Shown here in pieces: positions 36,833-50,224 of a DNA stretch of 64,000 nucleotides. The DNA comes from Bispira polyomma (Eukaryota). Positions within the stretch are counted from its first letter, which is position 1; each line of letters starts with the position of its first letter. Both the position numbers and the translations under genes were made by a program. The notes under the pieces were generated by a model, which saw only the letters and a list, made by a program, of their open reading frames with translations, made no database searches and had not been told where the DNA came from. The DNA lies in assembly GCA_965649765.1 (NCBI GenBank), contig OZ287752.1:42532001-42596000 (forward strand). Reading direction: 5' to 3'.

Positions 36833-39800
36833 CTATCATGTTTGGTTTTACCTTTTTTTTTTAAATGAAAAAAATATAATGAAAGTAAAATAAAAAACGT
36901 AATCTGTCAAGGAAGTTTTATCAACTTCCTCGAATATTATTTCACATCAGACTTGAAAGATTATAAAAAAAAGTGAGAGAAATAATAGCATGGCCAGAGA
37001 TTGTTTTAAAACCATTATCTACAATGGTGGCCTGGTGGGCTAACACACTTGCTTGGGAACTTAGAAAAAACCTGGGTTTAATCCCAGCCTGGACTGACCA
37101 GGTACAGGCAGATAGAACAAGAACAGTCATAGACGGGTCGGAAAGTAAATGCTTAAAGAATCAGCAAAATGTCCATTTCATGTCATTTAAATGTCATTAA
37201 ACTTTACATATAGCAAGATGTAGATTACATGGAATGTATTATCAGCATATAAGAAGGCTTTGACTTCGAATTAAAAGGCCAGTTACCCATGTTTCTGGTC
37301 ACGATTGAAAAGAAAAATTTTAGTTGAAATGGATATTTCTAGAAGTTTCCCAAAGTCAAGGCTAAAGCCTCATAAGACCATGTGGATCTGTTTTAAGATC
37401 ACTTTTGGGACCTCTAACGGTTCATAGTTTTGGTTTATATTTACTTTATTACTAGTTTTAGACCCTTGGAATGTATTGGGAGAGTAGAAAACCATGGACA
37501 GGGAATCGAATGCACTGGTTTATGAGATTTGACCCATCATTCATTAAGGTTCAGTGTTGTGAAGCAGAAGTCATTGATGAGGAGGCTTACAATATGCTTG
37601 TTCTGATATTCAGTATGCTTTAATATCACTAGCCTCCCACCTCTTAAGACAGTGGGATGGAATGTCACTGCTTCCTTGAAGTGGGAAAGTTTGCCAGGTA
37701 CCTGCCGTAGGTTGATGGTTTCTATTACACTGTACAAATAGTACGGATTTCCTCGACCAATCAATTTGGCGATCACATTAGACAAGCATAAATTCAAAAT
37801 TAAGTTATGATGCCATTATTATTGGTTTTGACCTTTTATTATCGTTTTGAAAGCCTTCTGTAAAACATTTGTATTAGAAGGGAAAGTGACGGGGAAAGAA
37901 ACCACACAGAAAAAGAGCAAACTAGAATTTTGATATTTTATTTCACAAATTTTGAATAAAAAATAATTAAATATGAATTCCAAATAAAAAACCACAAAAA
38001 AATCCAAATAGAAAACGGCAAATTGAATAAAGCCACCATAATATACTGTTGCATTATTCTTGTTTTCCTGCAAAAATTATAAATTAGCTATTTTAATTTA
38101 ATTTTTAAAAATTATTCTAACTGAAAATGTGGACAAAAACTTTTTAATGTTGATTACGAATACTGTCAGCTAATTTATCTGTTAGACTAACGCCCCCCCC
38201 CCCCCCCCCCCTCACCCATTCTAGAATTTTTATTTGGATGAAATTTGAACTTCATACTAATTTTAATGGGGTTAAGACTAATTTGTTCACCTATTGGTTA
38301 TAGTTGGATAAAATTCCTCAACTTTAAAAAAAAATCATAAAACTATGTTCATTTTATATAAAACTAGAGATGTCCATGCAACAGTATTGTACTTATGGGG
38401 GACACTTTATATTACTAAGTGTATGTATTAAAAATAAACGCTACAAATTTTTTTTAACAAAACGCACTAACGTGCACATTTTCATAAATGTTTAAAAAAT
38501 AAAAAAATATGCTACACAAGACATGAATAAAAACACACCAAAGTACACACATTTACCGTTACAGAAATCTACCCTGTCAAGTGAAACTTTTCTTTGGTGT
38601 GACTAATGAGCCTCTCCTTGTCTTATCACCAATTTTGGACTATCCAATATAGTATAAAAAATGTTCCAACCTACTAATTCTAGATCAATCAAAAATATAT
38701 TCCAATTCTCTCAAAAAATGGGGCTGTATCTACCTGTTTCAGCAACGTTGTACACTGGAGTTCATATTTTGTTTCAAATGTCTCCATCTTCAAAACAAAC
38801 TTGGACAGTGACAGATCTCCTAGTCTTCTGACACATCTATATTTATCGGTAATCATATGTAAGGTACTCAATGTAAATGGCAAAAACATAAAGGAAAAAC
38901 AGGGAAACAAACAGAAACCCCACATTCTCAAGTATTACAGGGTTTTCTCCACACCAATTAGTAATCAATACACGACACACAGACAAGGCTGATGTCACTG
39001 TTCTTAGATAAGACCCTCGAATGTCTCACCACTTCAACTGCTTCTGATTTACTTCCGATATAGCAGGCTGTGCCAAGCTTTCATTAACACTAGCCAACCA
39101 TTTGTCAGGAATAAAAGTGATATTTTGTACTATTAACAATTTGACCTGGCACTTTCTTTGAGGGCTCCTAAACTTAAATACTATATTAATAAAGCTCAAT
39201 AAAATATTATTATGATTATTAATTTCCTGCAACACAAATATACTAGAATTCTATCTTGTTACCAAAACTAAACATTCACCTTCACTTCTTTAAGATACTG
39301 TGAAGAATGGGCGTCACAACCAAAGTGGAGTCCACTTGTAGTTCAAACACTAGAAAAACATGGATTGCCCTTGATAATATGTCACCAAATATAAAAAGCC
39401 TGTGTATTAACTAGAATGACTCTATAATTGTACCAAAAAATCCCAGACTGCAAACTGTAGACTGTTGTACATGTCCATGTACTGGTAACAGGTGCAACAA
39501 AAATTAACGTCATTGGCAGCCACCCGTCAGGTCAGTCTTTATGGATAGTCATCCAGCTAAAAAAATTTTGGTTCCAATAAAAAAACACCTCTCTCTGAGG
39601 CTTCAAATAATACAGCAGCCACATTGGTTAAAGATTACAAATTACTTTAAATAATCTAGTCGACTATTTTTATTTCTATGTATTAGTGGATAGTATAACA
39701 CAGATTCCTCATTTGATGAATAACTAAAGAAAATCCTGACAGTTTCTTTCTGTTGATTATTTTAGTTACTTTTTATGTGATATTTTATCCAATATATCCA

Positions 39801-41619
39801 CATAGTTGTGTTATAGTAGATATCAATTGATCTCTGTGAAAAACTACCCTTTATTACATTAAATATCAGTGGTGACCTTTGTGGCTGAGGTAACACTTTA
39901 TACCCTATATAAAATGACGCCTCTTTTTGTGCTTTTAACTAATTGCATATGTAGTTTAGATGAAGACAATGATTTCCCTGAAAAAGAATGTTAAGTCTTT
40001 TAAAAGATTGATCATTTTATTAAGAACACATCAGAAGCATGAATATTTCCGAGCATTAAGGTCACAATACCCCATGGCTTCATGGCATCCAACACAGATA
40101 GTTCTGAGTTGACACTTAATACTACAGAGAGTGTCTACAATACATCAAATTTAATATACATGTCTTATTATAAACATAAAATTTAGTGTATAAACCACAA
40201 GTGGCCACCGGTTACAGGTGTTATATAGTGTGTCAGCCATTTATTGAGGATTAAATAGTTTCACTATTATTTAATATTGATAGCTTTGCCCTTGAATAGG
40301 TGGATTGCTTTCTACAAAGGCTAGACTGTTCTCTTTTATAAATTATATCGTGCTTAAGCTCATCTTAATCTCACATATATGTCTTGCCATATCTAAATAT
40401 ACAGGAGAGAAGCTCTTTTAACAGGAGTGGTTGCATGCCTAGGTTATATGGGTGTACAAGGTACATTTATGTGTCAAATACTTGAGGTTAACCCGATATC
40501 TGAGTTTAGGTATTTTCACAAACACTGTGGCTAATCTGTAATAGTGAGTGTGTGGAGTATTAACTGGCAGCTTCTATGTTTTATTAATACAGGTTTTACT
40601 GTAGGTATCAGTCACTTCTGAACACACTCTACTATGAAGGGGCTATGTCAAAAAGAAGAAAACCTAAAACCAGCCAAAATAATCAATCAAATAAGCCTAA
40701 ATTATTAATTCTGTGGCTACTGGAGTCCATTTGAAGGAGGATATGACCCTAATCTGTACCAGAGGCTTGTGTAAAAGACACCTTAATTACAAACGTGAAA
40801 GACACATTCAATAGAAAGCAAGTAGCCAGTGCTAAGATCACTGCAAATCAGAAGACATTTCCTCAACATATTAGATGGGTAATTGAGGTCACGATTGGGA
40901 GTCTTTAAGAAATCACTAATGCAATGGGGTGAGAGAATGGTTTCTGCTGCCTGTGTTTGTGATAGTTCTCCAGTCCTTTATAAATAAGTAATTATTTTAT
41001 AATGAAGAAAATTATGGTAGTTTAGTCATGAAGTCAATTAAGACACAGAATTTTGACCTTTGTGTGTGTAAAATTTTATTTGCATTTATATTATTTTGTT
41101 TATATTTAGCTCTCACAGAAAGTTAAAGTGGTTCTGATTCCGTTTTACCATGGCAACATGTAATCTATTTGGTCATAATTAAGTTCCTTAAATACAAAAG
41201 GTTGTTTTACATGACATATAAATTTAAAAGCTGGAAAACTTAAATGTTCATCATGTTTGGTTTTTTTAAATTTGCTAGATCTATGTATCTATTTCCTATT
41301 TCTAGTTTTGTTTCCTGTTCTATTTGTAAGACAGATGTACCAGACTTAGTGTAGGCTATATATAAATCTGTACACAAAACTCCTTGTAAATAATTGATTG
41401 TAAAGGGAAAATGTGAAGCCGGTACTTTGAAACTGGCTGATATGAACTGGTTGTCTGATAACTGAGTATTATAAGAAATTGGATGACGTCACAACACGGT
41501 GTACTAAATGCTGATAGAGATGGCCAGTTGAGAATATCTAATTTATAAGTACCCGACTAACCGTGTGGGATTGTTGTGACCAAGACAGATGAATATAAGT
41601 ACAGTTATACTGTATGTAA

Positions 41620-42180
41620 CTAAGTATGTAGTCTATTAAGCCATAATGCCTTGTGTCTACCTAGTATGGGAAAGCAAGGTTCACTTGAAAACAAAAAGGG
41701 AATGCCACATTGAGAAAGTATTGTTTTAGATCTGACTATTGAAGATCTAACAGGACACAACCAAGGATACTTGAGTGTGGGTAATTGAATAATATCCTGT
41801 TGTTGTCTGTTCTGATTTGTTTTGGACCATTTTAGAATCAAGTGTATGCCTGGAGGAGAAAAAATGATGTCTGACCTTGTCAAATGTCGTGTAATATCAA
41901 AAGAGGTGAGATTTGCTGATGTGAGATTTGAAATTCACAGAAAGAAAAAATGCGAACAAAAAAGCTGATTTCTTTTCATTTCTTTTCATAACACCTGATA
42001 GCTGCAAGATAACTGTTGACAACTTTGTATGAAATACCGGATTGGTGTAAGCATTCGAGAAAAAACTGTAAAAGCTAGAAACAACTTCATCTGACTGTCA
42101 TACTGTCTACTGGTCCTAGCTCTGTGATTGTATGCCATTCTCTTGATAGCTTGCCTTACTAGGGGTCTAACAGTGTCTGA
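41620..42180 (-). pseudogene. Tyrosine recombinase relic (C-terminus lost or unrecognisable)
   Basis: FFFL*ISNL...FDITRHLTRSD...LKWSKTNQ...LP...LCPV, typical of DIRS/Ngaro YR; the catalytic Arg codon is now TGA. Confidence 0.85.
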
Positions 42181-42198
42181 AGTCCCTGCAATTAAAGG

Positions 42199-42519
42199 TC
42201 ATTTTAAGTACCCTACAGAAACTTCATACATGTTAAATCTATCACATAATAAAGCAGTAATGTCACTGGTATGTTCTCCTAAATCATGCCATCTTGACAA
42301 AGCGTCATTGATAATATTCTTTCTTCCCGGAAGATCTTTAATAGTAATCTCAATATTTGGTATAGCGCATATTAACCATAAATTTATTAAGCAAGCTGCC
42401 AAAACTGAATCTCTAGTTTTTGATGGCCGTATGACCGACACCGCAGCAATATTATCTGATTGTATTCTGCAACAAAATCTGCTGATCAAAATCTTTATAC
42501 GCATACAAAGTAGTGCCAT
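42199..42519 (-). pseudogene. RNase H relic of the YR retrotransposon
   Basis: SDNIAAV...LWLICA...LPGRKNIINDALSRW matches the DN...HIPGxxNxxADxLSR pattern. Confidence 0.88.
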
Positions 42520-42599
42520 TAAATTAAATTAAAAATTTAATGAACCAATTTAAATCTTTTAAAAAATCTTCATTCAATACTATATGTTTAGCACTGGTA

Positions 42600-43850
42600 T
42601 GATCTCGCAATAATTGAAGCATTCTGTTGAGGAAAACTCTAGAAGGCTTTATGCATATATGAATATAAAGCAGCTTTTCAAGCAAAACTGATATTTGTTC
42701 TTTTTAACCTTAGTTACATGTTTAAATTCGAGCAAATTCGAGAAACGTTTCGTGTATAGCTAGCAACTTACCTAGTACCTTTTCGATGTCAGTAGTGGGG
42801 GCCACGGTGGCCTAGTGGTTAGCAAGCATTGCGCTTCACAATCACTGGTATCTCACCTCTGGGCGGCATGAGTTCGAATTCCGTCGATGCCCATGTGAGA
42901 AAGGTGGTAGTTTCTTACTGTGGGCCACTGGTTTCAGTGCAGAACTTTGACCGACTGTATGCAGTGTTTCCTCCAGCGTTTCCAACTACCCATCCCAATA
43001 TAACCTACTAAAAGATACTAGAGTGGACCTTAAATATCCAAATTCAAATTCGATGTCAGTAGTAATTCCCATACAAGTAACTCTCTTACTAAGAGATACT
43101 AACTTAGAAGGTTTATAGGTAAACCAACGTCTCGAAGTACTTGTTGCAAAAACTCAAAAGCTAAGGTTGCCTAAGACTCATGTTTGCAAATAATGAAATC
43201 ATCAATATAGTTGTAAACCTTAAAGCCGTGTTGTTTTAAAATATAGGTTATAGTATCAGAAACTCACATGAATACCACTGTGCCATAAATTAGGCCAAAG
43301 GCCTAGGTTAAATCTACAAAATGTATATTATTCCATTTATAGCCCAATTTTAAACTGTCGCAAGCATGGCGTCATTCCCTATCACCTTAATATCTTCCAC
43401 AATTTGATCTATTGTGGGAAGTTTCAAGCTAAACAAGTCATTGTCATACTTATTCTTATATGTGTAGTCATTGACTGAATGACCTAATAGTTAAGATAGA
43501 TTCAATATCAGCCTTCTTTGGTCATCACCCTTAGGTACAGTCAGTAAAGGAATACAATGAAAATGTTTGTTTAAGTCATTTGTTGGACAAACTATGATAT
43601 TACCTTTCTTTGTCTCAACATCAAAGTATTCATTTATATAAGCTGGAAAACTATAAGCTGAAAAATGATTTTCAACGTGTTTAGAATCAAGTGTTTGCCT
43701 TTCATACAAAGATATTGGAAACCCGAATTCCAAATATTCTAGAATCACTTTATCAGAATAGTCTTTCAAATAATCTCTCCATTTTCTAATTTGTAAACCT
43801 GATTTCAAAGGTATACGTGCTTGCTGATAATTCTACTCTCCTGTCTGCCT
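42600..43850 (-). pseudogene. Reverse transcriptase relic of the YR retrotransposon
   Basis: WRDYLKDYSDKVILEYLEFGFPI, NHFSA, PLLTVPKGDDQRRLILNLS, YNYIDDF (~43195-43215), TCMGI; interrupted by a SINE. Confidence 0.9.
42797..43048 (+). mobile_element. tRNA-derived SINE family 1, full length, perfect 15-bp TSD
   Basis: A box TGGCCTAGTGG, B box GAGTTCGAATTCC; TTCGATGTCAGTAGT at 42782 and 43049; similar along its length to 31051-31310. Confidence 0.97.
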
Positions 43851-45039
43851 TATAACGTCACTTACTTCAAGTAAAGTCTTGTAATCCTTAATTTCTACTG
43901 GCTGATTGTTGAGTCCAATAAAAGAAACATCTCTTACAGTCTTTGGAATAAATCCATACTGTCTTTCACTACTGTCCACACCATTTTTGTTTGATTCTGG
44001 TGTAGTAATATTTTCTGTTATCTTAGACCCATCAAGTTCTAGTAAAAGGACTGATAATGTTGAAGTAGTATGTTTGTTGTCAGTATGATTTGATGACTGT
44101 CTGTAAATTGATGTTTTGTTTAAAACTTGTTTGTTTGGCCTATGGACCTGTAACACAGGTTTCAGTATGTTCTCTGAAGAACATAGTTTGTCACAAAATG
44201 CTACTTGTGAGATTTCTGCTGTTTTTGATGTATTTCAAGTTATTGTTTCGATCTTTTCTTGGTGAAGTAATAGCAGTCATAATGACTACTGTCATGGACG
44301 ATAAGTAACACACTGGCCAAATATCAGCTACTGAAAAATGAGTCTCCTGTAATATCAGGCTGCCCTCTTGAAAATACGCATGAAAAACACCCCTTTCATC
44401 AGGGTTTTCCCTGGCAACAACATAAAATACATTACAATACAGCATGCTGTTGCTGCTCATATATACATCAGCACATGCTAAATGTGTGTTAATATGCTGA
44501 TAAACATTGGGAATATTTCTTCTAATATCTTTACTCTCATTGGAAACTGCAGGGAATGCACTACAACAAACTCATTCAGGTTACTATCCGAATGCATGTG
44601 TACATTATGATTACTAAATTTTTGACTAATCATAACATCCTCAACTTTTTGTTAAATCATAATCTTCCTAGATTTTTGTTCACTCATAACGTTCTCATTT
44701 GAAACGTCTGTACGTTCAATCAAAACGTCCATAACATCACACATATCCACAATTGTATTACTAATTTTGAAAGTTGTAGACATGTTAATACCATTAACTC
44801 CCAAATGAGTACATTTTGCTCTAGTAACACTCCTCTTACCTGAATCCCTTTGGTCAATACTGCCACTTGGTGTATAATTTTTCTGTCTGAAGATATATCA
44901 CATAATTATTGTCTTTACTGATAATGTTGTTCGAACATTTGTTATCTGGCTCACTCACAATAAAATTTTCAGAAAATTTTACTGCTGTGCTATCAGTCAG
45001 TCGTCTCTCGTCGTATTGTGTGTGAGTGATGGTAGTAAC

Positions 45040-46290
45040 TGGCCCGCCATGTAAACGAAAACATTTTGTCTCAGGATGAGTATTCTCCCAACGACTGGTG
45101 TGGAAGCAGTTAGCACAGATGTGTTTGAATAATGTAATGGGGTTTTCGTGGTCAGTATCTTGGTTGCACTGAAAACACTGGTAATGATGACATGGAACTT
45201 TTGATTTAGTTCCTGTCTGGAATGTGCTGTTAGCAGCACTTAACGAAAGTAATTCTTGCAAAATACGACAATCTGTTTATGGACCATTTGGTTTCATCCA
45301 ACCACATGAGGCGACCCTCCTTAATGACAAGATATGTTCGATGCGTCTCTCAAAGTATCTCCCAACTGCCTAAGCATTGCCTGCGCTATGTGAGTATTCT
45401 TTACTTCCAAAATGTTCTTTATCTGTCCAGCCGCAAATTGAATTGATGTGAGGTTGTCATACGCTACTTTCTACTTAATAATTCCAGACAAACACCCCTC
45501 GTTTAGCCATCTAAATAGTGGATTAGATGTGCAAGTGTCGGAAACATTATACCGCCCCGACTTTCTTTGACAAGAGACTTACCCTGGAGTAACTGCTGTG
45601 CTGCTGCTGTTTCATATTGTTGCAGCCTCTCTGATACCTCATTCTGAATAATAGCAGAATACCTGAGAACGTATGTAGTTGGCAAGATGTCATGATAAAT
45701 GTCACCCACTTGGTTTGACGCGAGAGCTTGGTTCAAGCCTAGATGTGCTGTTGGACATACAAAACCCAAGTTGATGGGTGGAGTAACTGTAGCAGCCGAA
45801 GTACTGTGAACCATGTCACTCTGTTTCTGTGAAACCAAATCTTGTGACTGTAGTAACGACTGTTACGACAGAGAAAATATTTGTGACATATTACCTTGTA
45901 GCAGCTCTCTGCTTCTGTGCAGCCAAAGATTGAGCTTGTAACAATGACTGTTGCAACGAGGATAATAATTGTGACACATTACCCTGTGAGGTGCAGAATC
46001 AAGTCGAGTACTTGCTTTTGTTGTAAACAAAACTGTTGCAGAAAATTATTGGTGGAATGAGACGAGTCGTTGGTGAAATGCGATAAGTCGTCTGTAGATG
46101 TTGACAAAGTTTGGTCACTTAGAGTAAGTTGTGATCCCGTATCGCATATCTCTTCTTGTCCTGATGAAACGCCAGTAACAGCCCTGATATATGCGTTTCC
46201 TACTGGCCGCTCGTGTGGTTGTGGATACCTCGAGCCAACAACATTATCCTTTTTATTTCTCGTTTCCATGTTAAAGTTAATAATTCCCAC
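45040..46290 (-). pseudogene. gag-like ORF1 relic with C-terminal Cys/His zinc finger
   Basis: CHHYQCFQCNQDTDHENPITLFKHICANCFHTSRWENTHPETKC preceded by low-complexity Q/S/T-rich fragments; multiple frameshifts. Confidence 0.75.
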
Positions 46291-46888
46291 TAATGTTCAC
46301 TTGAAATTGTAAAATGTTTAAAAACTGAGCTAAAAACTGTGTTAAAAATATAAAGTATCATAAAATCCAATATGGCGGGGTATATAAACTTTTTGCCTTG
46401 CCCTGTGTACCTTTTGGCTTTGGATTTCAATATGAAAAATAGACCCAATGTTGCTGATCAGGGGGTTTTGAACCCCAACGACCACAATGCTATTGCTTAC
46501 TACGCATTACTGTAAAGGTCTTAATTAAGGTCTAGCATGTCCACAAAGTATCTATTTTGTATCTGATACTTCATCAATATAGAATACAAACCATTTGTAC
46601 TCTATTTAACATAGTATTATACACAACACACTGCCGTCCAGTGGTAAATGCTAATCCCCATGCCTCTGTCTTTCGTCAGAGGAATGGCAGTTACCGGTGC
46701 TGGATAGCAGTATTTGTGAAATCCCAAAATGTAAATTAATGATAAAAAGCAGGGAGATACTACCCTGATTATCTATAATATCAATTTGCATACTCTACTA
46801 CTGAGTACATGACTACAATAAGGTTCACTGGGTTAGCAGGTAATGTTATAATCACTGCTACACTGTGCGTGTATGTCTCCTTTATGGA

Positions 46889-47374
46889 CCGGCCCCACCA
46901 GATTTATGTTAAGATATGTAAGTCACGCATGGCCTTGTAAAATATTTGATGCAAAACGTCATGCAAAACTAGAAATTAGGAATTTTCTCCACGTTGAAGG
47001 GGTCAACAGACGTTGAAATTCATGTATTAGAACGTCAAAAGCTGTAAAGTCTTGCAGGGGGTGCATAAGTTCATGTCAAAGTAAGTATTTTAACCCTGTA
47101 TGACAAGTATGAGTACGCCAATACACTTAAAAGGACGTCATAATGACGCACATTTACACACTGTGACGTATATCTACGTTTTAGTACGTCATACTTTTGC
47201 ATCTCTTGCGTGTCCAAATTTCAAACAGTTTGAAATTATTAATTTTGTGTGTGTCATCTCTCCCGCTAGCTTATGTATGTTTATGTATGGTACGTCAGTT
47301 CCCGCAAATAACACGCAAAACCTGCGCAAATTAATTTTCAAACGACAGCAAACGTGACGGCCGGTGGGACCAGG
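46889..47374. mobile_element. ~490-bp non-autonomous insertion with short TIRs
   Basis: CCGGCCCCACC ... GGTGGGACCAGG; absent from the paralogous site in copy A (~32635); visibly CpG-richer than its flanks. Confidence 0.7.
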
Positions 47375-47519
47375 ACATTAGGTGGAAACATTTCCGATCA
47401 AGAGTGTGATTACAGACAGCAAGTCAAGCATTAGCCTAGTTGAGGCTTAAACAATAATACAAATAGTCAATAAAAGTGGAAAATATTTATTACATATAGG
47501 TTAGAGTTTACACTACTGT

Positions 47520-47800
47520 TTTCTGTTTTCCATCTGGTTTTGAACATGCTCTGGTCAAACCTCTTTTGAAGAATCCTAGTCTTGATCAGAATATGTTGAA
47601 AAATTATAAACCAATAAGCAATCTTCCTTCCTTGCTCTGGAAAGACTTAAGAACTCTGATAGTGAAATCAGCCAATGGATGCCACATAAAATACTTAAGC
47701 TAAATTAGTATAAAACAGGCCGTTATGTTCAAATCTTCGTATTTCACAAATAAACATCCAGTTAAGACTGCATCTGTTAAAGTAGCAAAAAGCGCTGTCT
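47520..47800 (+). mobile_element. LINE RT fragment
   Basis: VKPLLKNPSLDQNMLKNYKPISNLP (cf. PLLKKxxLDxxxxxNYRPISNL). Confidence 0.85.
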
Positions 47801-49319
47801 TGCTTTAAATCTACAATAAAAGCAATATAACGAGCTAATTTAATCTATTGTGGTGTAATATTTTATGCTGGCACCTTAAATATTTTATAGCATGTACTGT
47901 ATTGTATTACATTTTTCTTATATCAAATTTATTTTACCGTTCTTTTTAATGACCGAAATAAGAAAACCTCAATTGAAAATTGCTTCCAACATTTTTAATT
48001 AAGAAAATCTTAAGGTGGAATTTATGTATATTGTTTTTATAGGGCATTTAACATGAATCCTTTGTAAAGCTTTAATAATTAATATAGTACCTCCTCACAG
48101 AATTTATTAAGAACTTTCTATCCAGTTGTCTAAATAGAGGCTGGAAAAGGCTAGAGTGTGAACTTTCCCTTTAAATACAGGCAGAACTGAAGCAATAGAA
48201 GGGTCCCAGATAGGATTACACGTCATGTGTCTGGCAATTGTGTTAGAACTGGCGAGCTGTAAAATACTGAGAGCTAATATGATTCTGTGACACAATCCAG
48301 GAGATTTGTTATATAAAAATTATCCTGATATGTCGAAACCTGATGCATAAACATTGTAGGCCAGAACACAGTGTCTTATTGAAAGGTTTTGGACCAGAGA
48401 GAGAAGTCTTCTTGTGGGAACTCCATTATATAAAATTTAATCATTATTGCTACTTTCTGCCACCAAAGTTTAAATATTTTTGCGATAGGTCACCTTACCT
48501 CCTACCAAAAATGGTGTAACAACATACATGTAGAAGTATCCTAAAAATATTTGTTCCGGGAATGTGTATGTGAAAAAGTTGGCAGTAGACTTGATGAAGG
48601 CTGGTGATTTGCAGAGTAGGAAACGTTGACTAACTACCCTGCTCTGATTTCCTTTACCAGTAAACTGCCTGTTGTGATACCACACAAGACGTGCTGAAAG
48701 CGATGTTAACCCCAAAGGTAACTACACTAAATGATTAATATTTAAATATGGTCAAAAGGTTAATAAAGAATAACAAAATGCGTTCTGAAGTACAATTTCC
48801 TGGTCAGACTAAGTGTCACAGTCCATCTATATCCAGGTTACTTGGTAAGTGTGGACAAAAGGTCAGTGGAGAACCCTCGGGTAGCAGACATTGAAGAGTT
48901 CTTGGCTCTAGTCAGTCATACAGCACCAAAGGACCACTTGTACCAGCAATGAACCACACAATGGTCAGTCCATTAGTGTGTGTGTGGTGTGCTGTTGTTC
49001 AAGTAGATCTTCTGGCACACGTGGGAGTTGAACATGTCTTACAAGTATGTCACTAACCAGTGCCATCAACCCAATCTCTGTACACTGGTATAAAGTGGCA
49101 AGCCAGTGTAAGCTATAATGGTAATTGACAGCTTACTTATTAATGGGAATGTACTTTATGTCTGTATTAAAACCTGATGAATGCGATGAATTTTATGGCC
49201 ATTTATCCAAGATATTCGACTTTGGTAATATGTTCTGATCAATAAGGATTATTTGAGTATTATAAACGTCCAAATACATCAAGTATTAAGCATACATACA
49301 TATAAACATACCTACTGAG

Positions 49320-49545
49320 TGGAATAGTCTACCTACTAGTCTTCGCAATTAGACAAGGATTACCGACTTCAGGAAAAAGCTCAAAACAGATTTGTATTAA
49401 CTCTCTATTTGAATTAACCTTAGTCTCCTGGCCACGACTCAACTCTGATCCCAAACCTGTTCTCCCGCCATACTTTTGCTTACTGATTTGGATGTGTGTC
49501 ACAGAGGATGTCTGGCCGTCAATGGTGGCGCTATAGAAGTAAAAT
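49320..49545 (+). mobile_element. L2-group LINE 3' end
   Basis: WNSLPTSLRN, FRKKLKTDL, then a GGCGCTATAGAAGT 3' UTR motif. Confidence 0.75.
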
Positions 49546-50224
49546 CATTAACATATATATGTGTGTATGTATACAAATATATAACAAATGTATGTAGGAC
49601 TATAAAGAGCAGTTTATACTCAAAGAAATCAGACTTTAAGGGGTATCGCATAGTTACCATACCCTGTACCAGGGACACAACAATACAGTTCTTACTTATT
49701 TCTAGTAAAGTTAAATAGAGTAAAACTACTACTTTCTACCTGGGTGGGTAGGTATTTTATTATAGTCTCCCATATTCAATTGCTAACATCAGCCTTATTA
49801 TGGCTTACAACAGGGTATTATTTAAACAGATCAATCCAAATAAAATGAGTTGATTGCCCTGTTTACGGTCATTAAGAACTACTATGTATATTACGCATCA
49901 GCTAGGTACCAATGTGTTCATAAGCCAAGCCTGTTGATATCATCATGTTTCCGGTAAATAGACATGGTAATACCCCTACATCTCCCCCATATACATCAGT
50001 ATCCCATGCATTATCTCATTATCCCTTGTCTACTTTAGGACTACAAGTATAACCTGACCATGTTTTACCTATCTGTCATGTTATAGTTTTAAATATCGAA
50101 AGACTGAAAAGTTGCAATGTTCACCCATATGATGGCATACTTGCTTTTAATACAACAAACGTGGATTTAATCTCAGGACTGCCTTTGCCATTAGCTCCCT
50201 CTAGTAGGTTAATTGCGCCCCTGG

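Larger units (their letters stand above)
41616..46523 (-). mobile_element. Decayed tyrosine-recombinase retrotransposon (DIRS order, Ngaro-like)
   Basis: Ordered gag-ZnF, RT, RNase H and YR relics on the minus strand; flanks match copy A at 31445 and 31585. Confidence 0.92.
38660..47465 (+). repeat. Segmental duplication II, copy C
   Basis: Matches A in blocks: ~38800-40070, 40110-41400, 41510-41615, 46524-46888 and 47385-47465. Confidence 0.93.
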
